A stretch of DNA of 64,000 nt, taken from the NCBI GenBank assembly GCA_965215515.1, contig OZ244057.1, forward strand, positions 736,001-800,000, written 5' to 3'. Below, in pieces: positions 1 through 9,571 of the stretch. Each line of letters starts with the position of its first letter. The first letter of the stretch is position 1. The notes beneath the pieces are model-generated. The model saw only the letters and a program-made list of their open reading frames with translations, did no database searches and was not told the DNA's origin. Made by a program: the position numbers and the translations under genes. Source of the stretch: Oligoflexales bacterium (GTDB lineage Bacteria > Bdellovibrionota_B > Oligoflexia > Oligoflexales > JAPPIL01).

Positions 1-1847
1 AGTCGGGCAATCTCGTCTACTTGCTGTTCGTCTTTTAGCACAGAAAACATATTGGGCGGTGGTTTCTTTTCAATCCAATGGCGGGAGATAAGTGCATAGG
101 GGATATTGCCGAGCACGTTGCTCAGCAGCGCCATGCCGCTCATCAGTGCTGTCTGGCCAGTCTTAGTGCTGATATTGAAGTTTTTAAGCAAGGCACGTGA
201 GCCACCTGTGTAAAAATAAATCGACTTGTACAACGAGAAGGTGCTGATAAAAGTCGTGTCATAGATGATGCGATCCCAGTTTATTTCCTTACCACTGATA
301 ACGTGCCCGATGACCGACAATACCATCGTCGCTGAGGAGATGAGGGCGATACGCATTTCGTCGCTGAGGTTGAGTGCCGAAATGTAAGCCAAAGCAAAGT
401 CAACTGCTAGCAGTGCGAAAATATTGTAAAAAGATTCGCGGTCCTTGAGAAAATTTAAATTTTTCGTCTGCATGGTTTCGATAGCCAACATCGAGGCAAA
501 CGATCCGAAAACATTGGCATAAGCGAGAAATTTTGCGTCCACGTTCATGAATGTTTCGTCGATACCCTTTGGTATCTTGCGCAAGATCATCGCTAAACCC
601 GTCGCCGCAAGGTGTGAAAAAACATAGCGGCTGAGCGACGTGCCGTTCTTGAAGGCGAGATAATCACGGTAAGAATTCAGCCCGTTGCATACCCCTGTGT
701 GCAGCTGTTGGCGCATCGTTTGCAGAGCTTGCGCTCTTCCCCAGGCGACCGACAGGCCGGTCCCCGCCATCAACGGTAGGGTGAGCTTGTTGTACTTACG
801 GGAGACGATGAAGGAAGGCACAACCAGCCCGCCCAGCATACTCAAAAACAAACGCGGTGAAGTACGGTAATGCGATGGCTGGAGTTTAGCCGCCGCCGCA
901 CGGTACAGCTTATCGTGCCGTGCCCTGAGTTCTGCATGCGCTGGTGCAGCTAGCAATGTCTCGATGCGCTGCACCAAGGCACGGTGCTTGAAATAAAACA
1001 ACAGGCGTTTGGACCTAGAGGTAGGGAAAGCGAGATGACGCTCTGCACAGGTATGTTGCCAAGCATGCTGAAGCAGAGCCGCACTCTGCTCCAACAACGA
1101 CATCGCCGCTTGCTGCAGCGATGCTTTGTTCTGGCGGCGCAGCGCGGCGAGCAACTCTTGCCCGATCATCCCGTCGGCCAGCAGTTGCTGATAATCGAGC
1201 ACAATCTTCTGATACAGAGGCAGCTGCTTGTCACGCTCAGGATCGTTAACAGATACAGTCAACAGCATGTTAGTGGTGTCGGAAGAAAAAAGCGTACTAA
1301 CCCGCGCTTGTAGCGTGTTTATCTTCTCCTCCAGAGCAGCAAGCTTGGCGTGCGATGCGTCGTGATGAATGACATCTTCCATGAAATTTTTCTGCACGGC
1401 AGCCTTCTCGATCCCCAACTTATACAACCTGCGGTTCAACTCTACTACCGTCAACGACAGAATAAGAAGGTGCTCAAAATAGGTATCGTCGGACACCGTG
1501 ACTGCGGCACGTAACTGCTGTAACCCCTCGTGCAAGGAGGGGACAAGATGACGACACGGTTTAAAGCTGGCGAGATGATTGAGATCATGCGCCATCGGGA
1601 CACCGCTGACAGCCGCATAACGATGCGCGGCAGACAACAGTGCCGCACTCATCTCATGCAAATATATATGCTCTAACTGCGTAACAGGACGCGAGGAGGC
1701 CGCACGGATCGCCGCCCAAGCAAAAAACCCCCCGCCAGAGCTAGCCGCGCGGGAGGCGACAGAGAACAACGCACAAAACACCGTCGCAAGACACGCCCTG
1801 CCAAAAACTCGCAACAACTCGCCCCTCACCAGGCCGCGCAACTCCAT
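1..1847 (-). CDS. Hypothetical membrane protein, partial (runs off the left edge, >615 aa)
   Basis: Not in the ORF track. Manual translation from ATG 1847 (MELRGLVRG...) stays open to position 3 (...EQQVDEIAR), with several hydrophobic segments in the C-terminal half. Confidence 0.8.
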   Translation of the reverse strand, partial: MELRGLVRGELLRVFGRACLATVFCALFSVASRAASSGGGFFAWAAIRAASSRPVTQLEHIYLHEMSAALLSAAHRYAAVSGVPMAHDLNHLASFKPCRHLVPSLHEGLQQLRAAVTVSDDTYFEHLLILSLTVVELNRRLYKLGIEKAAVQKNFMEDVIHHDASHAKLAALEEKINTLQARVSTLFSSDTTNMLLTVSVNDPERDKQLPLYQKIVLDYQQLLADGMIGQELLAALRRQNKASLQQAAMSLLEQSAALLQHAWQHTCAERHLAFPTSRSKRLLFYFKHRALVQRIETLLAAPAHAELRARHDKLYRAAAAKLQPSHYRTSPRLFLSMLGGLVVPSFIVSRKYNKLTLPLMAGTGLSVAWGRAQALQTMRQQLHTGVCNGLNSYRDYLAFKNGTSLSRYVFSHLAATGLAMILRKIPKGIDETFMNVDAKFLAYANVFGSFASMLAIETMQTKNLNFLKDRESFYNIFALLAVDFALAYISALNLSDEMRIALISSATMVLSVIGHVISGKEINWDRIIYDTTFISTFSLYKSIYFYTGGSRALLKNFNISTKTGQTALMSGMALLSNVLGNIPYALISRHWIEKKPPPNMFSVLKDEQQVDEIAR

Positions 1848-1901
1848 TTCCGTAACGAAACTTGGGCGCGGTGTAATCCATCTAACAGCACATGTCAATA
1901 A

Positions 1902-1920
1902 TTTTTTGGGGGCATCTGTA
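1902..1920 (-). repeat. Degenerate copy of the dispersed IS3-like terminal repeat motif
   Basis: Minus strand reads TACAGATGCCCCCAAAAAA, compared with consensus TGTAGATGCCCCCGTAAAAA. Confidence 0.5.
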
Positions 1921-2017
1921 GCACCTCGGGCGTTTCTTTGACTTTTTATAAAGATTGTGCTTACTTAGCTCACAGGCACGGCCTCAGGAGGCTAGTATTT
2001 TGGTAGGGGGGCAGGAG

Positions 2018-4174
2018 ATGACGGGACGATACATCAATCGTGAGCTGAGCTACCTCGCCTTCAATCGCCGCATCGTGGCCATCGCGGCGGCTGCCGACAC
2101 CCCTGTGTTGGAAAAACTGCGTTTCCTAACCATCTTTGCCTCCAATCTCGATGAATTTTTTATGGTGCGGGTATCGAGTATCCGCAAAATGCTCAGGAAG
2201 GGCGAAGAGTGTTGCGATTCACCCGATGGCATGTCCAATCGTGATCTGTTGGCCAAAATTCGCCAAGAGGTGAAGGCTCTGATAACACAAGCAAGACAGA
2301 TCGCCACGACGGAAATTTTCCCGCAGCTGGCTAAAGAAAAGGTCGGCATCAAGCCCTACCACAAGCTGCACGCGGAGCAGAAACGTTATCTACGTGCTTA
2401 TTTTTGTGACAACATCTTACCTGTGCTGACTCCGCTGGCGTGCGATTCTTCCCACCCGTTTCCGTACCTGAGTAATCAATCGGCTTGTCTGCTGGTCGCC
2501 TTGGGCAAGGGTGGCCGTGGCGATGATTATGGCAAGTCGCCCTTTGGGTTTGTGGAAATTCCCGCCAACATCGAGCAGTTGGTTGCCATCGCTCCTAACA
2601 GTCACTGGTACGTGTGCTTGATCGCCTTGATACAGGCACATCTGGAAGAAGTCTTTGTGGGGTGTGAAGTAGACGCTGCTTGGTTTATGCGGGTGACCAG
2701 GGATTGGGATTATGAATTGGTCGAGGACGAGGTGCTCGATCTCTTGACAACGATGCAGATGGAAATCACTCAAGAACATCGTGACGCGGTGCGGCTGGAA
2801 GTCGACCACACTTTGCCTGCCCCGCTCCTCAACGCGTTACGCCATAACTTACATCTGGGAGACGATGACATCTATGTGCTCAAGCCTCCCTTCATGCTCG
2901 GCGCACTTACCCCTTTGCTCACTGTGCCCCTCGAACAACATCGTTACCCCCCCTTCAATCCCCGCCTGCCGCGTCGTTTGGTCAACAACCGCAACATCTT
3001 CGCTTTGATCGCGAACGGCGATCTGCTCGTTCATCACCCTTACGAAAGCTTTTACACGGTGATAGAGTTTCTCAACGAAGCCGCGCACGACGAGCAGACC
3101 CTTGCTATCAAGCAGACTTTGTATCGCACGGGGGGTGCTTCGCCGTTGATCGACATTCTGATCGCCGCGGCCGAGAACGGCAAGAAGGTTACCGTCATCG
3201 TCGAACTGAAGGCACGCTTCGATGAGAAGAGCAACATCAAGTGGGCACAGCGCCTGGAAAAAGCGGGAGTCAGTGTCGTCTATGGTTTTATTCGCGTCAA
3301 AACACACCTCAAGGCAACTATCGTCGTGCGCCGTGAAGAAGGACGCACGGTGCAGTACGTGCACCTCTCGACAGGCAACTACAACCCCCGCACGGCACGC
3401 ACTTACACCGATATCGGCTTGTTCACGGCACAACCCGATTACGGACGTGACATTGCCCTGCTGTTCAACATCCTGACGGGCTACCACCTGCTATGGCACG
3501 AGGGCAAAGGATTACAAAAGACAGCTTCGCCACAATTCCGCCAGCTGGCCGTCGCCCCGTTCAACATGCGTGCCAAAATAATCGCTCTGATCGAACAGGA
3601 GATCGCTAGCCATCGTCGCCATAAGAACGGCATGATTATTGCCAAGATGAATGCTCTGGTGGACAAAGAGATTATCGACCATCTCTACGCCGCGTCACAG
3701 GCGGGAGTAGAGATAAAACTCATCGTGCGCGGGATATGCTGTCTGCAAGTGCAACAGCATGACTTGAGCGACAACATCGAAGTGACCTCAACGATGGGGC
3801 GGTTTCTTGAACACAGCCGTATTTTTTATTTCTACGCTGAGGGCGAGAAAAACGTCTTCCTGTCCAGCGGCGATTGGATGCCCCGCAACATGGATCGACG
3901 GGTCGAAGTCATGTACCCTGTGCTCGATGCACGGTTGAAGGAACAGATCACCGAGTTTATTCTGCCTATCTACGTCAACGATGCCGACGCTTGGTATCTA
4001 CGCAAAGACGGCACATACACGCAAAAAAAACGCCGTGTCAAACGACAAGGTGCACACGATTTGCTCATCGCCTACGCCCGTGAGTCGGGCATCAAATCGA
4101 TCCCCTACGAACTCGCCATTCGCCGCACAACACAAGCTCGCAAGAAAAAACCGCCTCGCCCTGTGGCGACATGA
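2018..4174 (+). CDS. ppk1: Polyphosphate kinase 1
   Basis: Motifs YINRELS, NLDEFFMVRV, HHPYESF, ELKARFDE, HLSTGNYN and RFLEHSR. An alternative TTG start at 2000 follows AGGAGG. Confidence 0.97.
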   Translation: MTGRYINRELSYLAFNRRIVAIAAAADTPVLEKLRFLTIFASNLDEFFMVRVSSIRKMLRKGEECCDSPDGMSNRDLLAKIRQEVKALITQARQIATTEIFPQLAKEKVGIKPYHKLHAEQKRYLRAYFCDNILPVLTPLACDSSHPFPYLSNQSACLLVALGKGGRGDDYGKSPFGFVEIPANIEQLVAIAPNSHWYVCLIALIQAHLEEVFVGCEVDAAWFMRVTRDWDYELVEDEVLDLLTTMQMEITQEHRDAVRLEVDHTLPAPLLNALRHNLHLGDDDIYVLKPPFMLGALTPLLTVPLEQHRYPPFNPRLPRRLVNNRNIFALIANGDLLVHHPYESFYTVIEFLNEAAHDEQTLAIKQTLYRTGGASPLIDILIAAAENGKKVTVIVELKARFDEKSNIKWAQRLEKAGVSVVYGFIRVKTHLKATIVVRREEGRTVQYVHLSTGNYNPRTARTYTDIGLFTAQPDYGRDIALLFNILTGYHLLWHEGKGLQKTASPQFRQLAVAPFNMRAKIIALIEQEIASHRRHKNGMIIAKMNALVDKEIIDHLYAASQAGVEIKLIVRGICCLQVQQHDLSDNIEVTSTMGRFLEHSRIFYFYAEGEKNVFLSSGDWMPRNMDRRVEVMYPVLDARLKEQITEFILPIYVNDADAWYLRKDGTYTQKKRRVKRQGAHDLLIAYARESGIKSIPYELAIRRTTQARKKKPPRPVAT

Positions 4175-4303
4175 CAGCCTTCACTCGTCACCACAGGCAA
4201 ACTTTCCCTGCAACTAAAGCTTCTTGGCAAAAGAAATCAGACGAGAATAAGGCACGGCCGCAGCATCTATGATACGATGAAAAAATCAAAAACCCATCAC
4301 ATG

Positions 4304-4331
4304 TGTAGATGCCACCGTAAAAAGCGGACAC
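4304..4331 (+). repeat. IS3-like terminal inverted repeat, solo copy
   Basis: TGTAGATGCCACCGTAAAAAGCGGACAC, matching the copies at 6351, 29807 and 51365. Confidence 0.6.
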
Positions 4332-4463
4332 CCTTAGCCAAGCTGATGAACCTAAAGCTCTTGGCAAGGAAGCTTTTCAATCCAGTCATAAGGAAAACGG
4401 CGCTTCGCCTCCAAGACGCACGCGCAGTATGCGTTGTGAGGGTGCTTGGCGCGGTAGTGGTCG

Positions 4464-4778
4464 TTAGGCGCGTTTTTTCTTGAGTCGCGTTAGTTCGCGG
4501 CGCGTGAGGCCGGTGGTGCGGCAGATAACTTCAACATCCAGGCCTTCCACAAGCATGCGTAGGGCAACCTCGGCCTTGCCCTCGGCCTTGCCTTCAGCCT
4601 TGCCTTCAGCCTTGCCCTCGGCCTTGCCCTCGGCCTTGCCTTCAGCCTTGCCTTCAGCCTTGCCTTCAGCCTTGCCTTCAGCCTTGCCTTCAGCCTTGCC
4701 TTCAGCCTTGCCTTCGACCAGTCCTTTCTTGAACCCTTGCTCTAGCCAACCTTCCTGACCAATCTTGACGGTGCGCAT
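4464..4778 (-). CDS. Putative intragenic small protein (RpnS-like, 104 aa), in frame with the Rpn gene
   Basis: Internal ATG (MRTVKIGQEG) preceded by AAGGA at 7 nt spacing, just upstream of the repeat region. Confidence 0.55.
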   Translation of the reverse strand: MRTVKIGQEGWLEQGFKKGLVEGKAEGKAEGKAEGKAEGKAEGKAEGKAEGKAEGKAEGKAEGKAEGKAEVALRMLVEGLDVEVICRTTGLTRRELTRLKKKRA

Positions 4779-5477
4779 CAGTCTATCCTTTACCCTCTTG
4801 ATACAACCAGCTTCGATCCCTTCTAGCACCCCCATACTGAAGTTGCCACTGGATTCGGTTAGGCAGTTGGTCACCTGACCCATTAATCTTAACCTCTCCT
4901 CCTCTGGCAGGGCAAGACTGCCGACAAAAAACGCCTCGATCGCTTCTTGGCTCAATTGTTGTAGACTTTGTAAAGCTAGCAAGTAGGGGTATGATCGTGG
5001 AAATTCGGCTCGTAATATCTCTCTGGGGAGCGCCGCCAGATCGAGCAGCAGGTAACCGAAATTAAGTGTCACCTCTCCGCATATATTGTCGGATGTGGCG
5101 CGGAAACGCCGCGGCAATCGCCATTGTCTCTTTGCCGTGGAGATAACGATGGGCACGATCTCGTCACTGGCATTTGTGTAGAGAATGGTTTGGTATGAGA
5201 GCAGCTGTGGGAAAAGATCTCTGCTCTGGGTACTCTTGTGTTCGATCAAAAACACCACCCGCCGCCCGTCTTTGCTCATCACCGAGATAGTGGTGTCAGC
5301 ACGTCTCTCTTTGCCTTCCGCATCGGTGAACACCGTCATCCCGAATTGCAGCGTCTTGAATCTAAAGTAAGCAGACCTTTCCTTACCCAACAGATGCTTC
5401 AGTATCTCTACCGCCAACTTTTTGTTGTCGGTGAGCACGGCGATAAACAAGGCATTATGCAGAGCACGTTTCGACAT
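4464..5477 (-). CDS. Rpn/YhgA-like PD-(D/E)XK nuclease (recombination-promoting nuclease / putative transposase)
   Basis: N-terminal HNALF, RRAD...FLIEHKS nuclease motif, IVPIVI, a GKAE repeat region and the typical C-terminal VALRML...TTGLT helix-turn-helix. Confidence 0.9.
   Translation of the reverse strand: MSKRALHNALFIAVLTDNKKLAVEILKHLLGKERSAYFRFKTLQFGMTVFTDAEGKERRADTTISVMSKDGRRVVFLIEHKSTQSRDLFPQLLSYQTILYTNASDEIVPIVISTAKRQWRLPRRFRATSDNICGEVTLNFGYLLLDLAALPREILRAEFPRSYPYLLALQSLQQLSQEAIEAFFVGSLALPEEERLRLMGQVTNCLTESSGNFSMGVLEGIEAGCIKRVKDRLMRTVKIGQEGWLEQGFKKGLVEGKAEGKAEGKAEGKAEGKAEGKAEGKAEGKAEGKAEGKAEGKAEGKAEVALRMLVEGLDVEVICRTTGLTRRELTRLKKKRA
4569..4712 (-). repeat. 12 tandem copies of a 12-bp unit encoding GKAE
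   Basis: The units ctcggccttgcc and ttcagccttgcc repeat over 144 bp. Confidence 0.97.
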
Positions 5478-5726
5478 AGTGAGTATCCCTATCGCTGGTT
5501 TTCGTTGTTGGTCACCTAGTGACGATAACAGGAAGTGGTGGGTATTCCCATCTGTAATTTTGAGTTTTGCATGACTGCCTCTAATCGGTGATCTAGATGT
5601 TTCAAAAGCTGGCGGTTGTGGTTATCGATGCCCGCAACTACAAAGGTTTTTTGCTCTGCAACGAAAGCCAGTGGTGGCAAAAATGTTGGCAGCGATAAGT
5701 AGTAGGGTGCCCCCCCACAACCTTTG

Positions 5727-6335
5727 TCAGCCACCTAGACCGAGAAACATGCCCGCAAAAATCACCCCCCACCAACCTAGGGTAGAAAGCGCGATCATGG
5801 ATACATAAAGCAGGCGTGAAACTTGGCCGCCGCGGCGAATGCTTACCCACACGATTAGGGAGCACAGCAGCGGAATTGCCAGGGGGAAAGAGAAGCCAAA
5901 GGTGAGTGGAAATGAGACGATTCCTATGTAAAGGAATACTGCCAGCCTAGAGAAGGCGGCAAATTGTTCGTCATCGGCGGCAGTAGCGCCAAAAACTTCC
6001 GCCATCGCAGTAACGAGCAGCGCCGTCACGACACCGATGACTAGGGAAAGGGTGAATGCACTGAGCGCCGCCGCGGTGGGTATAGACAAGAGGTGCGGGC
6101 GTGTCGCGGCGCGCAACAGAGCTGTCGCACCAGGGATGAGGGTGACAGCAAAAGCCACCGCCACCCCCACCCCTATGACCAGATAGCCTAGGAGACCTCT
6201 CCAATTTCCATAGTTTCCCCAGCTCATGACTGTGCCGACCCAGCTTAATGGGAAGAAAGCGAGCCAAGACAATATCACCAAGTGCCGAATATGCCGCCAT
6301 CGCAAGTTCAGCAAACCGCTGTTTTCGTCTTCCAC
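5727..6335 (-). CDS. Hypothetical integral membrane protein
   Basis: 202 aa ORF with about 5-6 hydrophobic segments. Confidence 0.7.
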   Translation of the reverse strand: MEDENSGLLNLRWRHIRHLVILSWLAFFPLSWVGTVMSWGNYGNWRGLLGYLVIGVGVAVAFAVTLIPGATALLRAATRPHLLSIPTAAALSAFTLSLVIGVVTALLVTAMAEVFGATAADDEQFAAFSRLAVFLYIGIVSFPLTFGFSFPLAIPLLCSLIVWVSIRRGGQVSRLLYVSMIALSTLGWWGVIFAGMFLGLGG

Positions 6336-6337
6336 GT

Positions 6338-6493
6338 TGCAAATGCCCCCTGAAGTTGCCCCTAAAAAACGGACACTCTATCAACTTCTAGTAGTATCAT
6401 TCATATATCCATTATACATTTTCCTCAGTTCCGCATGTGCAAGGCTCTGAAATTTATTTTTTACGGGGGCATCTACATACAGGGGTACTTGCA
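6338..6493. mobile_element. MITE-like remnant with nested IS3-like inverted repeats
   Basis: Left end TGCAAATGCCCCC then TGAAGTTGCCCCTAAAAAACGGACAC. Right end (reverse complement) TGCAAGTACCCCTG then TGTAGATGCCCCCGTAAAAAA. The core is AT-rich and non-coding, and no target duplication is seen. Confidence 0.5.
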
Positions 6494-6518
6494 GGCCGAG
6501 CTGGAGGCACTGTATAAT
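6489..6518 (+). promoter_or_regulatory. Putative sigma70 promoter for the M16 peptidase gene
   Basis: TTGCAG-18 bp-TATAAT, ending 32 bp upstream of the ATG at 6551. Confidence 0.5.
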
Positions 6519-6550
6519 GGGGGAGAGTACTTCGAGCGACTGAAGAGAGG

Positions 6551-9500
6551 ATGAGCATGTGCCGCGCAGTCGCGTGGTCGAAGGGATGCATAGGAGCGGT
6601 GTTCATCGCGCTAGGCGCGGGTGCTTGCGATACCCGTCCACGAGAGGTACGCGACGAGGCATTGGCGGAGGGTAAACGCCCCCGTACTCCATCTCCCCTC
6701 GACGAGAGGCGAAGTGCGGAGCGTACTTATCGCACCGTCGAACTCGACAACGGATTACGCGCCTTTCTGATCCACGATGCAGAGACGACCGAGTCGGCGG
6801 CGGCACTGAGTGTCGCCGTGGGCTCGCTGGAGGACCCCGCGGCACATCTGGGCTTAGCTCATTTGCTGGAACACGTGCTGTCTCAAGGCACACACAGGTA
6901 TCCTGCCGTTGGCGAATATGAGAGGTACATCACCGCTTACCGAGGTCATCGCGATGCCTATACCAGTGCTGAAGAAACCAACTTTCACTTCACAGTCAGC
7001 CACGACGGTTTCGCAGGCTCGCTCGGTCGTTTTGCACAACTGTTCATCGCACCGCCCTTATCACAGGAAGACATCGCGTGGGGGGTGAATGCCGTGCATA
7101 GCGAACATCAGCAAAATCTCCACAGCGACCTGCGGCGCACCCATCGTATTTCTGCTTTAACCAGCAAAGCAGGACACCCGCGACAGAGGTTTGCCACAGG
7201 CAATAGAGAGACACTCAAAAACGTCACCAGACCAGTGATCGTCGCTTTCTACACGCGCTACTACTCGGCGAACACAATGCGCTTAGCGACAATCTCCTCG
7301 CTTCCCCTCGACACACAGGAAGAACAAGTACGGCAGCACTTCGCCGCCCTCCCTAACAACGACCGCGCCGAGCTTACCTACGACGAAGATATTTACGATG
7401 ATAGTCTGCTGCCGCAAAGGATTGACATTGAACCTGTGACAGATGTGCGGCAGGTAGTACTCGCTTTTGCACTGCCCTCTGGTCACAATTACTGGCAATC
7501 CAAACCCCATAAACTGCTCTCATCTTTGATCGGTGCGGCAGGCAAAGGGTCGTTGTTATCCCTGCTAAAAGCACGCGGTTATGCGACGGCGTTGCTGAGC
7601 AGTTTCCATACTAGCAGTCACGCGGGCGAGTTTGCCGCCGAGATAACTTTGACTAAAAGAGGACTGGCTGAAGTCAACGAAGTCGTGGCACTGTTTTTTT
7701 CTTACATCGCTATGTTGCGAAGGGAAGGACTAAAAGACTACTTCTACAACGAAAACAAACAACTCGCGCAGATAGAACATGACTATCGCGCTCCTTTGGA
7801 AGGCGCAGATGCGGTTACCTACTATGCCAGTATCATGCACCGTTTTGCACCACGCACTGCGTTGCGTAATGACAGGCTGTTTTTCGATGCAAATTCCTCG
7901 CTCACCTTCAGACTTTTTCTCAACAGAATAACACCACGTAAGCTGCGCATGATGGTGATAGCCAAAGGCGTGACCACCGACTTGGTCGAACCTCATTACG
8001 GCATCAACTACCGTGTCAACACCATCCCCGCGTCGCTCTATCGGGTGTGGGAAAATCCGCACAGCTACGAAGCACTGCACTATCCCGCACCCAATCAGTT
8101 TATGCCTACCAACTTCGCTATCCTGGCAGACGATGAACGCGACGAGCCCTACAAACTGCTCGATACAGAACAAGGAGTGTTTTGGTTTCAACAAGACACA
8201 AAGTTTTTGCGCCCTAAGGCGAACTTGCACCTCAACCTGTTGACGGCTAAGACCAACACTGACCCCCGACAAGCTTTGTTATCGGTGCTTTACACACGTG
8301 CCTGGCAAGAGAGCACCGACGAGTGGAGATATCCGCTTTTGGCTGCAGGTCTGCACTTCACAGTGACACGTCACGACCGCGGCATCAACATCGATCTCGG
8401 CGGCTACGCGGCCAAGCTGCCCCTGCTGATTAGCGAGATCGGGAAACGATTGCGCACGATAACCATCGACGAGACTACGTTTGCAGCACTGAAAGACGAC
8501 CTCCAGCGGGAGCTGGCCAACACAGCCTACCAGCAGGGTCATCTACAGGTGGCGGCACAGAGCGAGCATATCCTTGACCTGCATGCTATCTCTGCCGCTA
8601 ACTATGCAGGCATGATCGACAGCGTAACACTGGCAGAGCTGCACACCTACTGCGAAGAGCTTTATCGAGAGGTGGCGTTTGCAGGCATCGCCTACGGTAA
8701 CCTCGACAAGGTGGTGTTGGCCGACAGACTTAACCGTTTCATGACCGCACTGAACGCCGCTACCTTACCCGCGGCAAGACGCAGACACGAGCAGATTCTG
8801 CGTCTCAAGCGACCGTACACCTACTCTTTTAGCAGCGAAAGCAACAACCATGCCATGATCAAGTTGGTGCAGATGGGAGAACGCAGCCCGCAACTCGATG
8901 CACAACTCAGAATCATCAACACACATCTCGGCGCGGCCTTTTCCACCGCCATGCATAGCAAGCAACAGCTCGCCCATATCGCACACGCGGGCTTGTACTA
9001 TCGCGACAAAGTACTGGGCTTACGCTTCATCGTGCAATCCTCGACACATAACCCTGTGCAGATCGGTGCAAGCATCAATGACTTCCTGCCGACGGTAGCG
9101 AACCATCTCGCCGAGATTACCGCGCAGCAACTTGCCGATTACAAACAAAGTGTTATGACAAAACTACAACAACCACAGATGACAATTGCCGCGCAGCACC
9201 ACCTCCTGCGAGTGCTGGCACTCAGACTTGACGGTGATTTTGCTTACCACCAGAAACTCAGCGCAGCCGTGCGCAAAGTCACCCGAGATGACCTCATCAA
9301 CACCTGGAACGACTCAGTACACCGCAGGCAACTCAACATCGCACTGTTTGCCAAAGGCACAACCATCGCAAACCTGCCGCACACCGATGTCATCAGCGAC
9401 ATCGCCCTGTTCAAGCAAGAACAACCCATCTACGGTCAGGAAGACACACCGCCTCGAGAGAAAACATACCTCCGTGCGGTGGGGTCGGCACAAAATTCAA

Positions 9501-9571
9501 TGTGCAAACAGTGCGTCGGTGGCACGTCGCAGTTGGCAGTCGTCGCCCATTCGAGCAACATACCACGATAG
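6551..9571 (+). CDS. Insulinase / pitrilysin-like M16A zinc peptidase, probable lipoprotein
   Basis: GLAHLLEH (HxxEH), ELDNGLR, HP..RFATGN..TL and a lipobox-like LGAGAC. Confidence 0.92.
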   Translation: MSMCRAVAWSKGCIGAVFIALGAGACDTRPREVRDEALAEGKRPRTPSPLDERRSAERTYRTVELDNGLRAFLIHDAETTESAAALSVAVGSLEDPAAHLGLAHLLEHVLSQGTHRYPAVGEYERYITAYRGHRDAYTSAEETNFHFTVSHDGFAGSLGRFAQLFIAPPLSQEDIAWGVNAVHSEHQQNLHSDLRRTHRISALTSKAGHPRQRFATGNRETLKNVTRPVIVAFYTRYYSANTMRLATISSLPLDTQEEQVRQHFAALPNNDRAELTYDEDIYDDSLLPQRIDIEPVTDVRQVVLAFALPSGHNYWQSKPHKLLSSLIGAAGKGSLLSLLKARGYATALLSSFHTSSHAGEFAAEITLTKRGLAEVNEVVALFFSYIAMLRREGLKDYFYNENKQLAQIEHDYRAPLEGADAVTYYASIMHRFAPRTALRNDRLFFDANSSLTFRLFLNRITPRKLRMMVIAKGVTTDLVEPHYGINYRVNTIPASLYRVWENPHSYEALHYPAPNQFMPTNFAILADDERDEPYKLLDTEQGVFWFQQDTKFLRPKANLHLNLLTAKTNTDPRQALLSVLYTRAWQESTDEWRYPLLAAGLHFTVTRHDRGINIDLGGYAAKLPLLISEIGKRLRTITIDETTFAALKDDLQRELANTAYQQGHLQVAAQSEHILDLHAISAANYAGMIDSVTLAELHTYCEELYREVAFAGIAYGNLDKVVLADRLNRFMTALNAATLPAARRRHEQILRLKRPYTYSFSSESNNHAMIKLVQMGERSPQLDAQLRIINTHLGAAFSTAMHSKQQLAHIAHAGLYYRDKVLGLRFIVQSSTHNPVQIGASINDFLPTVANHLAEITAQQLADYKQSVMTKLQQPQMTIAAQHHLLRVLALRLDGDFAYHQKLSAAVRKVTRDDLINTWNDSVHRRQLNIALFAKGTTIANLPHTDVISDIALFKQEQPIYGQEDTPPREKTYLRAVGSAQNSMCKQCVGGTSQLAVVAHSSNIPR

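Noticed and set aside
4569..4712. Tandem repeats here and at 52302-52433 considered as CRISPR arrays
   Set aside because: They are contiguous 12-bp coding units with no spacers, and no cas genes are present.
4480..4758. Antisense ORF with ALPS repeats (and 52148-52549 with MPCS repeats)
   Set aside because: These are shadow frames of the Rpn repeats.
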